The notes below the pieces were generated by a model. It saw only the letters and a list, made by a program, of their open reading frames with translations. It was not told where the DNA came from and ran no database searches. The translations under genes were made by a program, and so were the position numbers. 64,000 nucleotides of DNA from Cenarchaeum sp. (GTDB lineage: Archaea; Thermoproteota; Nitrososphaeria; Nitrososphaerales; Nitrosopumilaceae): contig OY843584.1 in the NCBI GenBank assembly GCA_963692915.1, positions 1,024,001 to 1,088,000 of the forward strand, in the 5' to 3' direction. Positions 46,001 to 58,000 of the stretch are shown piece by piece. Each line of letters opens with the position of its first letter. Within the stretch, counting starts at the first letter, position 1.

Positions 46001-49000
46001 ATGATCGAGCGGAGGAGCAGCTCGGCTGGGCCCTCGAGGGTCCCGGTCGCCGGCGAGACTGCCGTGACGCGCCTGTCCGTGCCGTCCTCGGTCACGGTCC
46101 AGTCGCCGGCATCCAGCGTGCCGGCCGGCTGGAGCGGGAACGTCACGGCGATTATCCTCGAGTCTATCGTCCTGGCCGTAAAGGCCGCCGGCGGGGCGTC
46201 CCCAAATGCCGCTGACACCGAGCGCTCGGTGACTGCGTTGCCCTGCGCGTCGGCCAGTCCGGTCGACGGCAGGCTGACTGTGTGCTCGACGCCAAGCGTG
46301 GCCGCAGAGGCCAGCGTGATGGTGAGCGTGTTCGTGCCTGCGGCGTACGCCGGCGATCCCGTCGCCTGCGGCACGGCGTCCGGATCGCCGCCGTCGTCGT
46401 CCCCGTCAGGCACGGTCACGACGTACGCCAGGCCCGCTATCGTCGCCGCGTTGGCCATCGCCTCGCCAAAGCTGACCCTGATCGTGTTAGCCTCGCCAAA
46501 CGAGGCCACGGGCGCCGGAGGGGCGCCGTCTGCGGCCTGTTTGGGAACCCCCACGTCAAGCGCGTGGCCCGCACGGTCGGATATCCCCGGCGGGGCGTCC
46601 TGACCGGTCGGCGCCGTGTAGGTGACCAGCGGCGTGGCCCCAGTCGAGGCCGTCTCCGCATGATACAGCGTCAGCACGCCGGAGGGCTGGACGCCGGCAC
46701 TCGAGGCCGGATACCCGTCAACCTTCCATCCGGCGGCACGCGCACCGGCGACGGGCAGCGTGACTGTCTCGGTGAACCCGCCGGCCGGCGTGTACGTCAC
46801 GCTAGCTGACGGCAGGATCACGGCCTCGCTGAACGTAATGTCCGTCTCGGTCCGGCTCGCAGTCTCTGCCGTGTGCGTCGGCGGTATGTTGTCGGCTGCC
46901 TCGGCGTTGTGGTTCAGCACTGGGAGTGCAGTGGGGTTGAACAGCTGTCCCAGCGGGGGTGGCAGCGTGGGTTGCAGCGGGGTGACGCTGTGACTCACAT
47001 TCGGCGTGGAGCCCGTCGATGAGAGCGGCGCGTGCGTGATCGTCATCTCGGTCGCCGTGTTTGATGCAGGCACCGGGGTTGGGACGGGTTGCGAATAAGT
47101 GTCGCCCAGCAAGAGCGACGTTATCGCCCTCCTCTCGGACGTATTCCGATCACCGTCATCATCATCAGTCACACTCCAATGGGCAGGGTTGAGAAAGCCA
47201 CTAGTCGGCGCGCTCGGGAACGTCACGATCGTCGTCGTCAGGCTCGCAGTGGCGGCCGTGAAGGGCGCAGGCGGCGTGTACATCGCGCTCGCAGTGCTCG
47301 AGGCAAGCGTGTTGCCGGCCCTGTCGGCCAGCGCGGCCGGCAGCGTGAGGGTGTGCTCTACGCCCGCCGTCGCGAGGCTGGCCAGCGTGAGGGTGATCGT
47401 GCGGGCAGTCGCGTCATAGACTATGGGCCTCACCTGCGGGTTGGCTGCCAGGTCCTCTGTGGCCAGCGAGACGGTGCTGTCGCCGGCGCTCACGGCGAAC
47501 GCATAGACCTCCACCTGCGTCGGCGTGTTGATGAGGGCCTCGCTTACCGTGATGACGAGTGTCCTGGCCCCGTCAAAGACCGCATTCGCCGTTGGCGCCG
47601 TGGTGTCTATGGTCGGCACGCTGACGGTGACTCCCGTGTCCAGGCCGGAGGACTGCGTTATGGTCGCCTCGTGGGTCGCCGCGTCAGACGCCGTGATCTC
47701 GAACGTGAAGTCCAAGTCGTCCGTCTCGGCCGTCGTGGACATTATGGTCATGTCGTGCTGCCACGTAAGGACGTCGTTGTCCCCGCCGTCGTTCATGGCC
47801 TCGGCCGTCTCCGTCCTGTCCGTGCCGGGCACCGTTATCTGCGGCGCGGCGGTGACGGCCTCGTGGAGCGTGAGGCGGAGGCGGACAGTATCATCGGCCA
47901 TCGCGTGCAGCGCATAGTCGCCGGTCTTTAGCGTGGACGTGTCCAGCGTGTCAGTGTCGCCGTACACCTCGAATGCTATCTCAGTCGCCACTGGCGGCAG
48001 GCCATAGTCGGCAAACCCAGGCACCCTCACGTTGCCGCTCACAGAGTTGCCGACCGCGTCGCTTATACCGTCCACGTTCAGGAGGTACATGCCCATGGCC
48101 ACTGGATCGGCCAGCGTGAAGCGCAGGCCGGTGCCCGGCCCGTACTCGTCGCCGGCCGGATCGAACGGGTTGGGGGTCGTCCCCGTGTGGGCCGTCGGCG
48201 AGCCCGTGGTGACAGCGCGTGTTTCCATGGTGGTGACCACCAGGCGATTGCCGCTCGGCAGCACGACTGCCCCGTCAAAGAGGATCTCGACGGTGTTGGC
48301 CGCCGTAAAGCTCGCCAGCTGCGGCCGCGGCGGCACGCCGTCGTCGGCGCGCACAGTCGCCGTGGCAAGGGGGTTGTCGGCCCCGTCGGCCAGGAGATCC
48401 TGCCCCATGGCCACATCCTGATCGGTCAGGGTCGGCCGCACGTACGAGACGTCTGGCGTCGAGGCCGTCGAGTCGAGATCGTCGTGGTGGAGGATCACCT
48501 TGGTCTTCCCGGTAGCCGACATGAGGTTGAGCGTCTCCAGTGGCCCCACGGAGAGCACGGTCACGCCCGTGACGGTGAGCGTGTCGTCCCCGTCTGAGAG
48601 CGACCAGTCGGCCGCGCGCACCGTGCCCATGAGGGTCTCCTCAAAGTCGACTTCCGTGCGCCCCGGGACCTGCGTCCTGGCCGTGAACGCCGGCGGCGTG
48701 GTGTCCTCCACGGCAGACGAGGTCCCGTCGGCCAGCGCGTTGCCGGCAGCGTCGACTAGCGAGCCGGCCCTGTCCGTCTCGCCGTCCGGCGGGACGTTGA
48801 GCGTGAGCGTGAGCGGCCTTTCCGTGTGGAAGGAGAAATAGTTGATGCCGAACCGCTGGCCCAGCTCGGGCACGACAGTGGCGGTGCCGGCGTCCAGGTC
48901 GACGGTGGCCGTCTTGGCGTCCAGCGTGATGTCGGCGGTGTCTCCAGAGTTCCTCCCTGTGAACGTCCAGTCGTCCTCTGTCGGCAGCATCTTGCCGGTG

Positions 49001-52000
49001 GCCTGCGAGATGGGCTCGGAGAAGGTCACGATGTGGTCGGTCTCAGGGATGCCAGTCAGCGGCCTCTCGACTGTGAACGTCGGCGGCGCGCCGTCAGTCG
49101 CGTCTGCACCGCCGTCGTCGACGCTGGTGCCGCTGGCGCCGCCCTCCTTGAGGTCACCGTCGGCATAGTCGACGCGCGGTGTGGCGCCAGTCGAGGAGAG
49201 CGCATTGTGCGTGATGAGGAGCTGCGTGGCCTCGGGGCTCGACGGGATCGTCGGCGTCTGCGCCGACGCGCCACCCGGCACGGCCGGCGTCGCGGCCACC
49301 GAGCCGGAGTCGGCCACCGTCGCCACGCTCGATATCGCCAGCTCCGCGTCGTCCGAGCCGGTGTCGTTGTCGGTGACCGTCCAGTCACCCACGTCAAGCG
49401 TGCCGGCGAGCGCGCCGCCGTCAAACGTGACGAGCGTCGTAGTCAGGCTCGCAGTGGCGGCCGTAAAGGGGTCTGCTGCGACGGGCGCCATGCGCGTCGC
49501 GCTTGTCGTCGCGGCCGCGAGGAGGTTCTTTGCGTCATCTGCCAGTGCGGTGAGCGTGTTTGGGTCAGCTCCCACGACGGGAAGCGTGACTGTGTGGGCC
49601 GTGCCGGCCGCCGCAGCCGAGGCCAGCGTGAGCGTGATTGTAGAGGTGGTGGCCTGCTCGGCATAGACGGCCGTGCCGGTGAGGGCCACGGTGCCGTCTG
49701 GGGTCGTTGTGGGGTACCTGGCAACGTCTGCCGGAACGCCTGTCACGTCCCTGATCGCCCCCGCACTCGTCGGTGCCGCAAGCGCCACCAGGTGCTCGTC
49801 GAACGTGATGGTGATCTCGTTCGGCGCGGTGAACGCGGAGGATGCGACCATGGGGGCGGTCCGGTCGACGCTCACGTGGTATCCCCCGCCGCTTATCAGG
49901 GCGCCTGAACCGGTGTCAGACGAGTCGTCAGTCAGGTTCGCCTGCGTGAACGTCGCCGTGTTGCCGGCGCCGTCGCGCACGGTGAGCGTGAACGGGATGG
50001 CGCCCTCCGGCGAGGAGGCCGTGACGGCGTACGAATAGTTGTACACCTGCGTGCTCTGGGCCTTGCCCGCGACCAGGGCGCCTGCAGTCGAGGACGTGCC
50101 GGGGAAGAACGCAATGTCAGCGGCGGCGGCAGACGGAGTGTAGCTGCCGTCGGTAGGATTGTCGCCAATAAACGCTATGGGCGAGCCGCCGGCATGGAGG
50201 GCCTCGGTGGGCTTTATGAGCACCCATGCGTTATGGCCGGCGCCGGCAGGATTCTGGGTGTAATATTGTGACTGCGCAGTGTGGCGATCGGCCCTGAGCA
50301 TAAAGAGCGAGCCGCTGTCGGCGAGCGCCGGCGGCGCGCCGTCTGCGGCGTCAACAGGACCTGTCGGCACGGCAGTCGTGCCGGCCACCAGGCCGTCAGA
50401 CGCAGGGCGCGTGTACGTGACTATGGGCGTGGAGGACGTGGTGGAGAGCTCTGCGTGCGTGATGAGCAGCGACGTGACTGTGGGCGTGGATCCCAGCACG
50501 TGCGTGACTGGCGGCGTGGAGCCGTCAACTGGCGTCGCGGTGACCTGGTTCATCCCGTCGGCAGTCACCGTCTCGATGCTCGATATGCCAATGCTCGCGG
50601 CAGTCTCGGGGGCCGCCTCGTCGACTGCCCAGTCGGCCACGTCGAGCGTGCCGGTGAGGCTCTCGCCGTCAAACGTGATGAGCGTCGTGGTGGACGTCTT
50701 TGTCCTGGCATCAAGCGGCCCGTCGTAGGCCTGCACTGGGTATGGCACGATGGGGCCACTAGTCCCGCCGCTGCCGGTTCTGGGCGCGGAATTGCCATAA
50801 AAGTCCAGGACGTGCTCGTCTGGGACAACCATGTACGCCCTGCCAGGAATGGTATCGGTGCCATCATCCAGCGTGAGCGTGTACGTGTCAGAGGACGTGC
50901 GCTCGGCGGACTCCACGGTCAGGTCGCCCCTCGGCGACGTCACCGTCCACGCGTCGTCTGCCGCATAGTCCACGGCACCAGTCACGAACGTGACATCCGT
51001 GCTGAATGTGGCCGTGATCGTGTGCTCGGCCGTAAATGCCGCCGACGTGACCGTGGGACGCGTCTTGTCCCCTGCCAAGGCTTCCGTGCTGCCGGTCTGC
51101 ACCCTGTTGGGCGTGTCTCCGGCGGGCAGCACGTCGGTGAGGCCTCCGGTCGCCGGCTGCGTGTACGTCACCGTGGGCGTGTCAGTGAGCGCCAGGAATG
51201 GGGTGGCCGGGGAATTGCTGGCGCCGACATACAGCAGGCCGTCGAACTCGTGGGCGGCCAGTATGTTGGCGCTGCCCTTGAGGCGTGGAGAATTGTTGCC
51301 CGCACGAGGATCCTGAGTCGCCACGGTCAGCGTCGGCGTGGCAGTGCCCGTCAGGGCGATCGCCCAGTCTGCCACGACTGTCGTGCCCTGTATGGGCTCG
51401 TCGAACTTTACCACGACATGCGTGGTGTTGAACACGCGCGCCGTGAACGTCGGCGCCGTGGTGTCAGTCTGCGTCGATACCGTGTACGTTGCCGTGACGC
51501 CACCGGCGGCGTACGGCACGTGCGCCACGTTGGTCAGCGAGTCAGTCGGGGTGATTGTGTGGACCACGGCCTGCGGCGCGTCGGCGGCGAGCGTGAGCGT
51601 GACTGTGAGCGCAGTAGAGTCATAGGCGATGGGCATCACCGGCGGGTCGGCTGCCAGGTTCTCTGTGGCCAGCGCGACGCTGACGGGGTCGGCGTCCTGC
51701 GTCGCGCCGGGCACCGTCACGCCAAAGTTGGCCGCAACGACTGTCGCCGGCGCGAGGGCCTCGTTAGAGGTCAGCACGATGGTGCGCGCGCCGTGGAACC
51801 CTGCGGTGAACGTCGGCGGCGTAGAGTCGTATATGATGTCCACAGGGGTTCCGGCATAGGCGTTGCCGCTGGGGTCCTCTATGGCGCCCGTGCCGCCGAT
51901 CGTCAGCGTGTAGACCGTCCCGTCATCAGCACCCGTGATGTCAGACGTCACGGGGATCGTTATCGTGCTGCCCGAGGAGGTCACCGTGCCGAGCGTAGCC

Positions 52001-55000
52001 GACGGCGCGCCCGACACCGTCGGTGTCAGCGTAAAGGTGAGCGTGGAGGGCAGCGAGGCGAGCGTCTCAGTAAAGGTCAGCGTCACGCCAGTGCCTTCGG
52101 TCGCAAAGGCGGCGCGATCCAACATCGGTGCGGCGCCGTCAGTCGGCGTTATTCCGGAACGCGGAACGCGGTTGTTCAGGCTCTCATCATCATTTAGCGC
52201 GTCGCTAAGATAGACTGGCTGCTCGCGATATCTGACCCTTGGTTGCTCACCTGTGCCAAATTCATCCGCAAGTGTGAACGTATAGACCGTGCGCACAAGA
52301 TCGCTATCTGGTGTCGTCGCGCCAGCAAGCGTCCTGTTCGTCGCGCTCACCGAGAACGGCTTGACGCTCTCGGCGAACGCGGCTCCGCCGATAAACCAGG
52401 GATCAACAGCCGTGTATTTGGGCCTTTCTGACTTGTGGATGAGCTCGCTGAACGTGACGTCGATCGTAGTCGCGCTCGTCGTGCGCGCCGAGAACATCAC
52501 CGGAGGCGCCTTGTCCTCCACTGACATGGCCTCAGTCATGCCGCCGAGCTGCGTCAGCGGGTTGCCGCTACGATCAGTCAGAACGGTGTCAGGGGACATC
52601 GGCATGTGCACAAAGTCTGATGCCGTGAGCGCCGTGAGCGAGCCGCTGCCGTCAGGATCGTCCAGGCTAGTCAGCGTTCGCGCCGTTTCGAGGACGCCGC
52701 TTATCGCAAAGGAGGGGCCATAGATAGGATCATCGGGGAACGAGTAGTTGTTGCCGGTAAACGGTGGGGTCAGATCGACGCCGTTGACCGTCCAGTCGCG
52801 TGCAGCTGACGTGCTGCCGCTGGGCGGATACTCACTAATGATGAAATTCGCCGTGGTCGCAGACGTGAGCTGGGCGCGGAACTCGGGCTGCGTAAAGTCG
52901 CCCGCCGGAATCCTGATACTCGAGCCGGCCGGATAGCCGTTGTTGCCGTCCGTGTCAGTCACTAGCGGCAGGATGACGCGATAGTCCGCCCCCTCTGTGG
53001 CCGGATTTTGCGTCATCAGCGTGACTGTTGCGGTGTTTAACGTCCTGTCGTTGACCCGCGAGGCCGTGACTGTGCCGAGGGCCTGGGCGGTCTGGCCCGG
53101 GAGCGCCACGGTAAAGTCGAGGCCCGCGACGTCGTTTAGCTGGTCGTCGTACACGATGAATATGCGGTAGGGTGACGTGGTGAACCCTATGGACGTGATC
53201 TCCGGGCCGGTCATGTCAGCCGCTCCCACTCCGACCGCCGTGATCGTGCTGCTGGTCCGAGTCCCGGAGCCGTCAGAGGCAACCAGGTCAGGATACCTGA
53301 TGGTGTATACGGTGCCCTCTGTGGCATCGTTCTCGGTATCTAGCGTGATCGTAAACGTGGACGTGCCGGCGTCCGCCGAGTATGTCGCAGTGACCGTGCC
53401 GAGTGCCGGGGTGACAGAGAACCCTGTGAGGTCGGGATTCGTCACATCCACGTCGACGGTGAGCACAATGCGCTTGGACGTCGCAAAGTGCGCCTCGATC
53501 GGTGGAGGCACGGGGGCCTGCAGTGACATGGCACCCGAGGTCACGGAAAGCTCGCCGGCGTCAAGCGCGTTGCCCGCAACGTCAGAGATCGACGGGTGCA
53601 CTATGACATACGCGGTGGCATCAGGCGCAGCATCAGTCGTCGTCAGTATGAGCATATCCCTAGACGCATAATAGTTGTATGACACGTCGCCGAGGTTCAT
53701 TGTGCGATCCGAGGCAAGCTCGACTTCAAATTCGAGCACTCCCGTGTCGACAATCTCCTCGCTCACGTCGATCTCGATCGTGCGCGAGTTGACAAATACG
53801 GGGTTTGAGAGCGCAGGCGGCGTCACCTCATACATTACGTCGATGCTAGCGGTGTTGGGCGGGTTGGCGACCAGATCGGTTATCGCGGCAGACTCGATGC
53901 GGTACGTCGTGTTCTCTGTCGCCGCAGCTACTGTGAGCGTGATAGTGTTCGACGAGGCGTCAAATGACGGCGGCGGGGAAGTGCTCACCGCAAGCGGTGT
54001 GAGTCCAGGCAGCGCGCTGACTGTGAACGTGCCCAACGGCGAGGCCGAGATCTCCTCGCTAGTCGTGATCTCTATGGTCGTCGAGGACGCGAATCTGGCC
54101 CCGGTGAACGTCGGCGGCGCGAAGTCCAATACCGCGTACGGCGAGCTCACAAGCACGTTGCCCGCCAAGTCTGCCAGCCTATCGGTAGACGACGGCGTGT
54201 AGACGATCGAGGCCGGCGTGAGCGCAGGTGGCGACGTGATGTCAGTGGCGCGCTCGGCAGCAAGCGTGAGGACAAGGGAAGACGACACCGCGCGTACCGG
54301 GACGCCGGCGACTGTCCACTGTGGGGCGGTAAGTGGGCCACTTACGCCTTCGGTAAGGTATATCTGCACAGTAGTCGAGCTTAAGAGGGCCGCGGTCATG
54401 GTTGGCGGCGCCTCGTCGGTGACTGCCTCGGCGTCTGCCGTGGCGCCGGCTGCGGCAAGGTGGAGAAGTGCGTCGTTCTGGAGCGTATTGTCCTCAGTAG
54501 TAGAGCCGGCCGCGGGGCGCGTATAGACCACGCTATCCGGCGTGATCGGCGTGAGCGGGCCGGTGGTACCGGGGAAGTTGTCGGGGTCTGACAGGTCCGT
54601 AAGCGCGCGCGCCGAGGTGAGTGTGAGGGTGATCACCGTGGCACGGGATGGCGAGGCCGGCTCGACCGCGCTGACCGTCGAGCCGGCTACAATCCACTCG
54701 GCAGGCGCCGTCGTGCCGCTGACCGCCTCGTCGAACTCGATCTCTACCGTGTTTGCAGACTTTAGGGCCGCCGTGAACGTCGGTGCCGTGGTGTCCGTCG
54801 CCACTCCGACAGCGGTGATCGAGCGGGCGCTCTGCTCGTTGCCGTTGAGGTCAACTAGCCGCGGGTACTCGATCGTGTACGTTGTGCCCGCCGTGGAATC
54901 ATCCCGCGTCGTGATCGTGAACGTGTCAGTGGCCGCCGAGTACGTCACAGTTATCGGGCCAAGGGAGGGGGTGACGGAGAACCCTGTGAGGTTGGGATCC

Positions 55001-58000
55001 CGCACATCCTCGCTGACTGTGAGCACGATCGTTTTGGGCGTCACAAAGGTCGCCGTCAGGACCGACGGTAGCGAGCGTTCAGCCTGGGCAGGGGAGATCG
55101 TGCCGGCCAGAGAGGAGAGGCCGATGAGGTTGGTCACCGGCGGGTATGAGACCACGTATGCGTCTCCCACCCCGGCAGTCTCAGTCGTGAGCGTAATAGT
55201 CGACGTGTCTGTCTCGTCGTCATTGGCGCGAGCCGCCGAGACCTCGCCAAAGGCCTGCGCAGGGAGCCCTGGCAGCGAGACGGTAAAGTCGAGCCCTGAG
55301 ACGTCGCGGATGCGGTCGTCCACGTCGATCGTTATCGTGTATGGCGTGGTGCGCCCAACGCCAGAGAGAACCGGCGCAGTCGTGTCATCATATGTCGCCA
55401 AGAGATCATCGGAGCGTCCGCCATTGCCCTCGAGGTCGGTTAGCGACGGGACATAGATCTCGTAGGCCCGGCCTGCCGTCGCTGCAGTCGCCGTGGTGAT
55501 GGTGAACCTGTCACTCACATCCGAGTACGCCACTGCGAGCGCGCCGAGTGCGGGCGTGAGGGCAAACCGCTGGCTCGTGAGGCCGGTTCCGGCGGCCGTG
55601 TGCGCTATGACGCCATCGGCGTCGCTAAGATCCTCGTTCACGTCGATCAGTATCGTGTTGGCCTCAACAAAGTGCGCGTTGGAGAGAATCGGGAACTCCC
55701 CAAAGTCGGCAGTAATCGCCACAGTCGTGCCAGGTGCTGCCGCATTGCCGTCCGTGTCAGTTATCGCCGGATATGACACATAGTACATGGTGGATGACCC
55801 AAAGCTGAGATCATTGGTGAGCTCTAGTGTGATCGTCGCCGTGTTCGCTAGTGTGAGCGTCCCCGGGTTCACCGAGCCGTCATTCACGCGCGAGGCCTTG
55901 GGCGTGTCTATTGTCACCAGTGCCAAGCCCGGCGAGGCCGGCGTGTCGCTCCGTAGCTGGAACGTGAGACCCGAGACGTCCTCGATCTGGTCATTGACGT
56001 CTATCTCTATGAGATTCCGCGAGATGAACTTTGCGCCAGAGAGGGCAGGCGGCGTGTTGTCTCCCCTGCTGACCTCGGGCTGGAAGGCGCCGTGGTGCAG
56101 CCTGTTGTTGTAAATGTCAGACGTTGCCGGAATGTAAACCCTGTAGAGCAGGTCATATACGGCAGCCCTCTCAGTCACCAGCGTGAGCGTCGCCGAGTCC
56201 GTGGCGGGGTCATTCACGAACGAGTGCGTGATTGTGCCAAGGTTGCCCGGATCCTGGGGGCCGGGGAGCGGGTACACGGCAAACTGCGTATCAGTAATCA
56301 CGATGGGTGAGAGCTGGTCGGTGACGTCGATCAGTATCGTGTTGGCGTCAGTAAAGCGCGCATTATAGTATGAAGGCGGCGTCGTGTCAAGAGTCGATCT
56401 CGCGGTGAGCTCGCCGGCGGCAAGAATGTTGTACCTCACGTCCGATATCGACGGGTACTCTATGACATATGTCAGCCTGTCGCTGTTGGGGCGATTAAGC
56501 AGGTTGGGTGCGGCAGTCTCTGTCGTCAGTATGAGCTTGTCACTAGACGCGCGATAGACGTATGACACGTCGCCGAGGTTGGTTGTGCGGTCCGTGCGGA
56601 GCTCGACGGCAAAGCTGAACAGTCCCGTGTCGACAATCTCCTCGCTCACGTCGATCTCGATCGTGCGCGAGTTGACAAATACGGGGTTTGAGAGCACAGG
56701 CGGCGTCGTGTCATATGTCACCTCGATGCTGGCCGCATGGTCGTCAGTCTGTCCGGCCTCGGTTATCTCGGCAGACTCTATGAGGTACGCCGTGCCCTCT
56801 GTGGCTGCGGCCACCGTGAGCGTGATGGTGTTCGACGAGGCGGCAAATGACGGCTGCGGGGAAGTGCTCACCGCAAGCGGTGTGAGCCCAGGCAGCGCGC
56901 TGACTGTGAACGTGCCCAGCGGCGAGGCCAGGATCTCCTCGCTAGTCGTGACCTCTATGGTCGTCGGGGACGTAAAGCGTGCCCCAGTAAACGTCGGCGG
57001 CGCCTCGTCTGTCAGGGCACTGGCAACAAGGGCCGTGTCGGCCGTGCCGAGACCATTGCCTGCGCCATCCTCTATGGCCCGGACGGCCCGCGCCGTGTAC
57101 GTGACGTCCGAGGCAGTCAGGCTGCCAAGGGCGGTGCTAGCGCGCTCAGTGGCGAGTGTGAGGTAGAGCTCCTCGACGTCGTCGAGCTTTAGGTCGCCGG
57201 TCACGGGGATTCCGCCGGCAGGCTCGGAGATCAGGGCCGGCGCCGTGCCGTCAAAGCTCCACTCGCCAGGCGCCGTCGTGCCGTCGACTGGCTCATCAAA
57301 GGTGATCCTCACGGTGCTAGCAGACGCGAGCTCGGCGCTAAACGTCGGCGCGGCATCGACGATCGCCGTGTACGTCGCGCCCGTTGATGCGCCGACGTCG
57401 ATCCTGTTGGTCGAATCGGCCACGTCTGTGATCGTGTCAGCGGCGTGAATCGTGTATGCCGTGCCGTCAGTTGCCCCGGTGCCGAGCTCTAGCGTGTATG
57501 TCGAGTCTGCCGTGCGCGAGGCCGACATCACCGAGAGGACGCCGCCGTCGTGGGTCACGCGCCAGCCGTCATTCGTGTTGGCCGTGCCCACGTTACTCAC
57601 GTCCTCGCTGAACGTCACGCTGACCGTGTCGGCGTCGGTGAACGTGGCCGACTCGATGGACGGCGCAACCATGTCAGTGGCCGTGATTCCGTCACCAGTA
57701 GTTGATGCGAGCTTTTCGCCGGACCCGCTGACTAGCACGACAGTGGAGGGGACCCCGTCTGGGCGCCCGGGGTTTATGCCAAAGTTGGGCGGCTGCGTGT
57801 ATGTCACCAGTGGCGTCGCGTCAGTCGCCTGGGCGACAGGCAGGGCGAACGTGATGGACGTGACGGGCAGCTGGAACGTGCCGGCAGTGATGTCACCCGG
57901 TATGACCGGCGCCGTGCCGGCGACGGTCCAGTGGCTTGCAGCCGTTGAGCCGGTGACCGGCTCGGAGAATCTCACCGTGAGCGACGTCGGCGTGTCAAGC

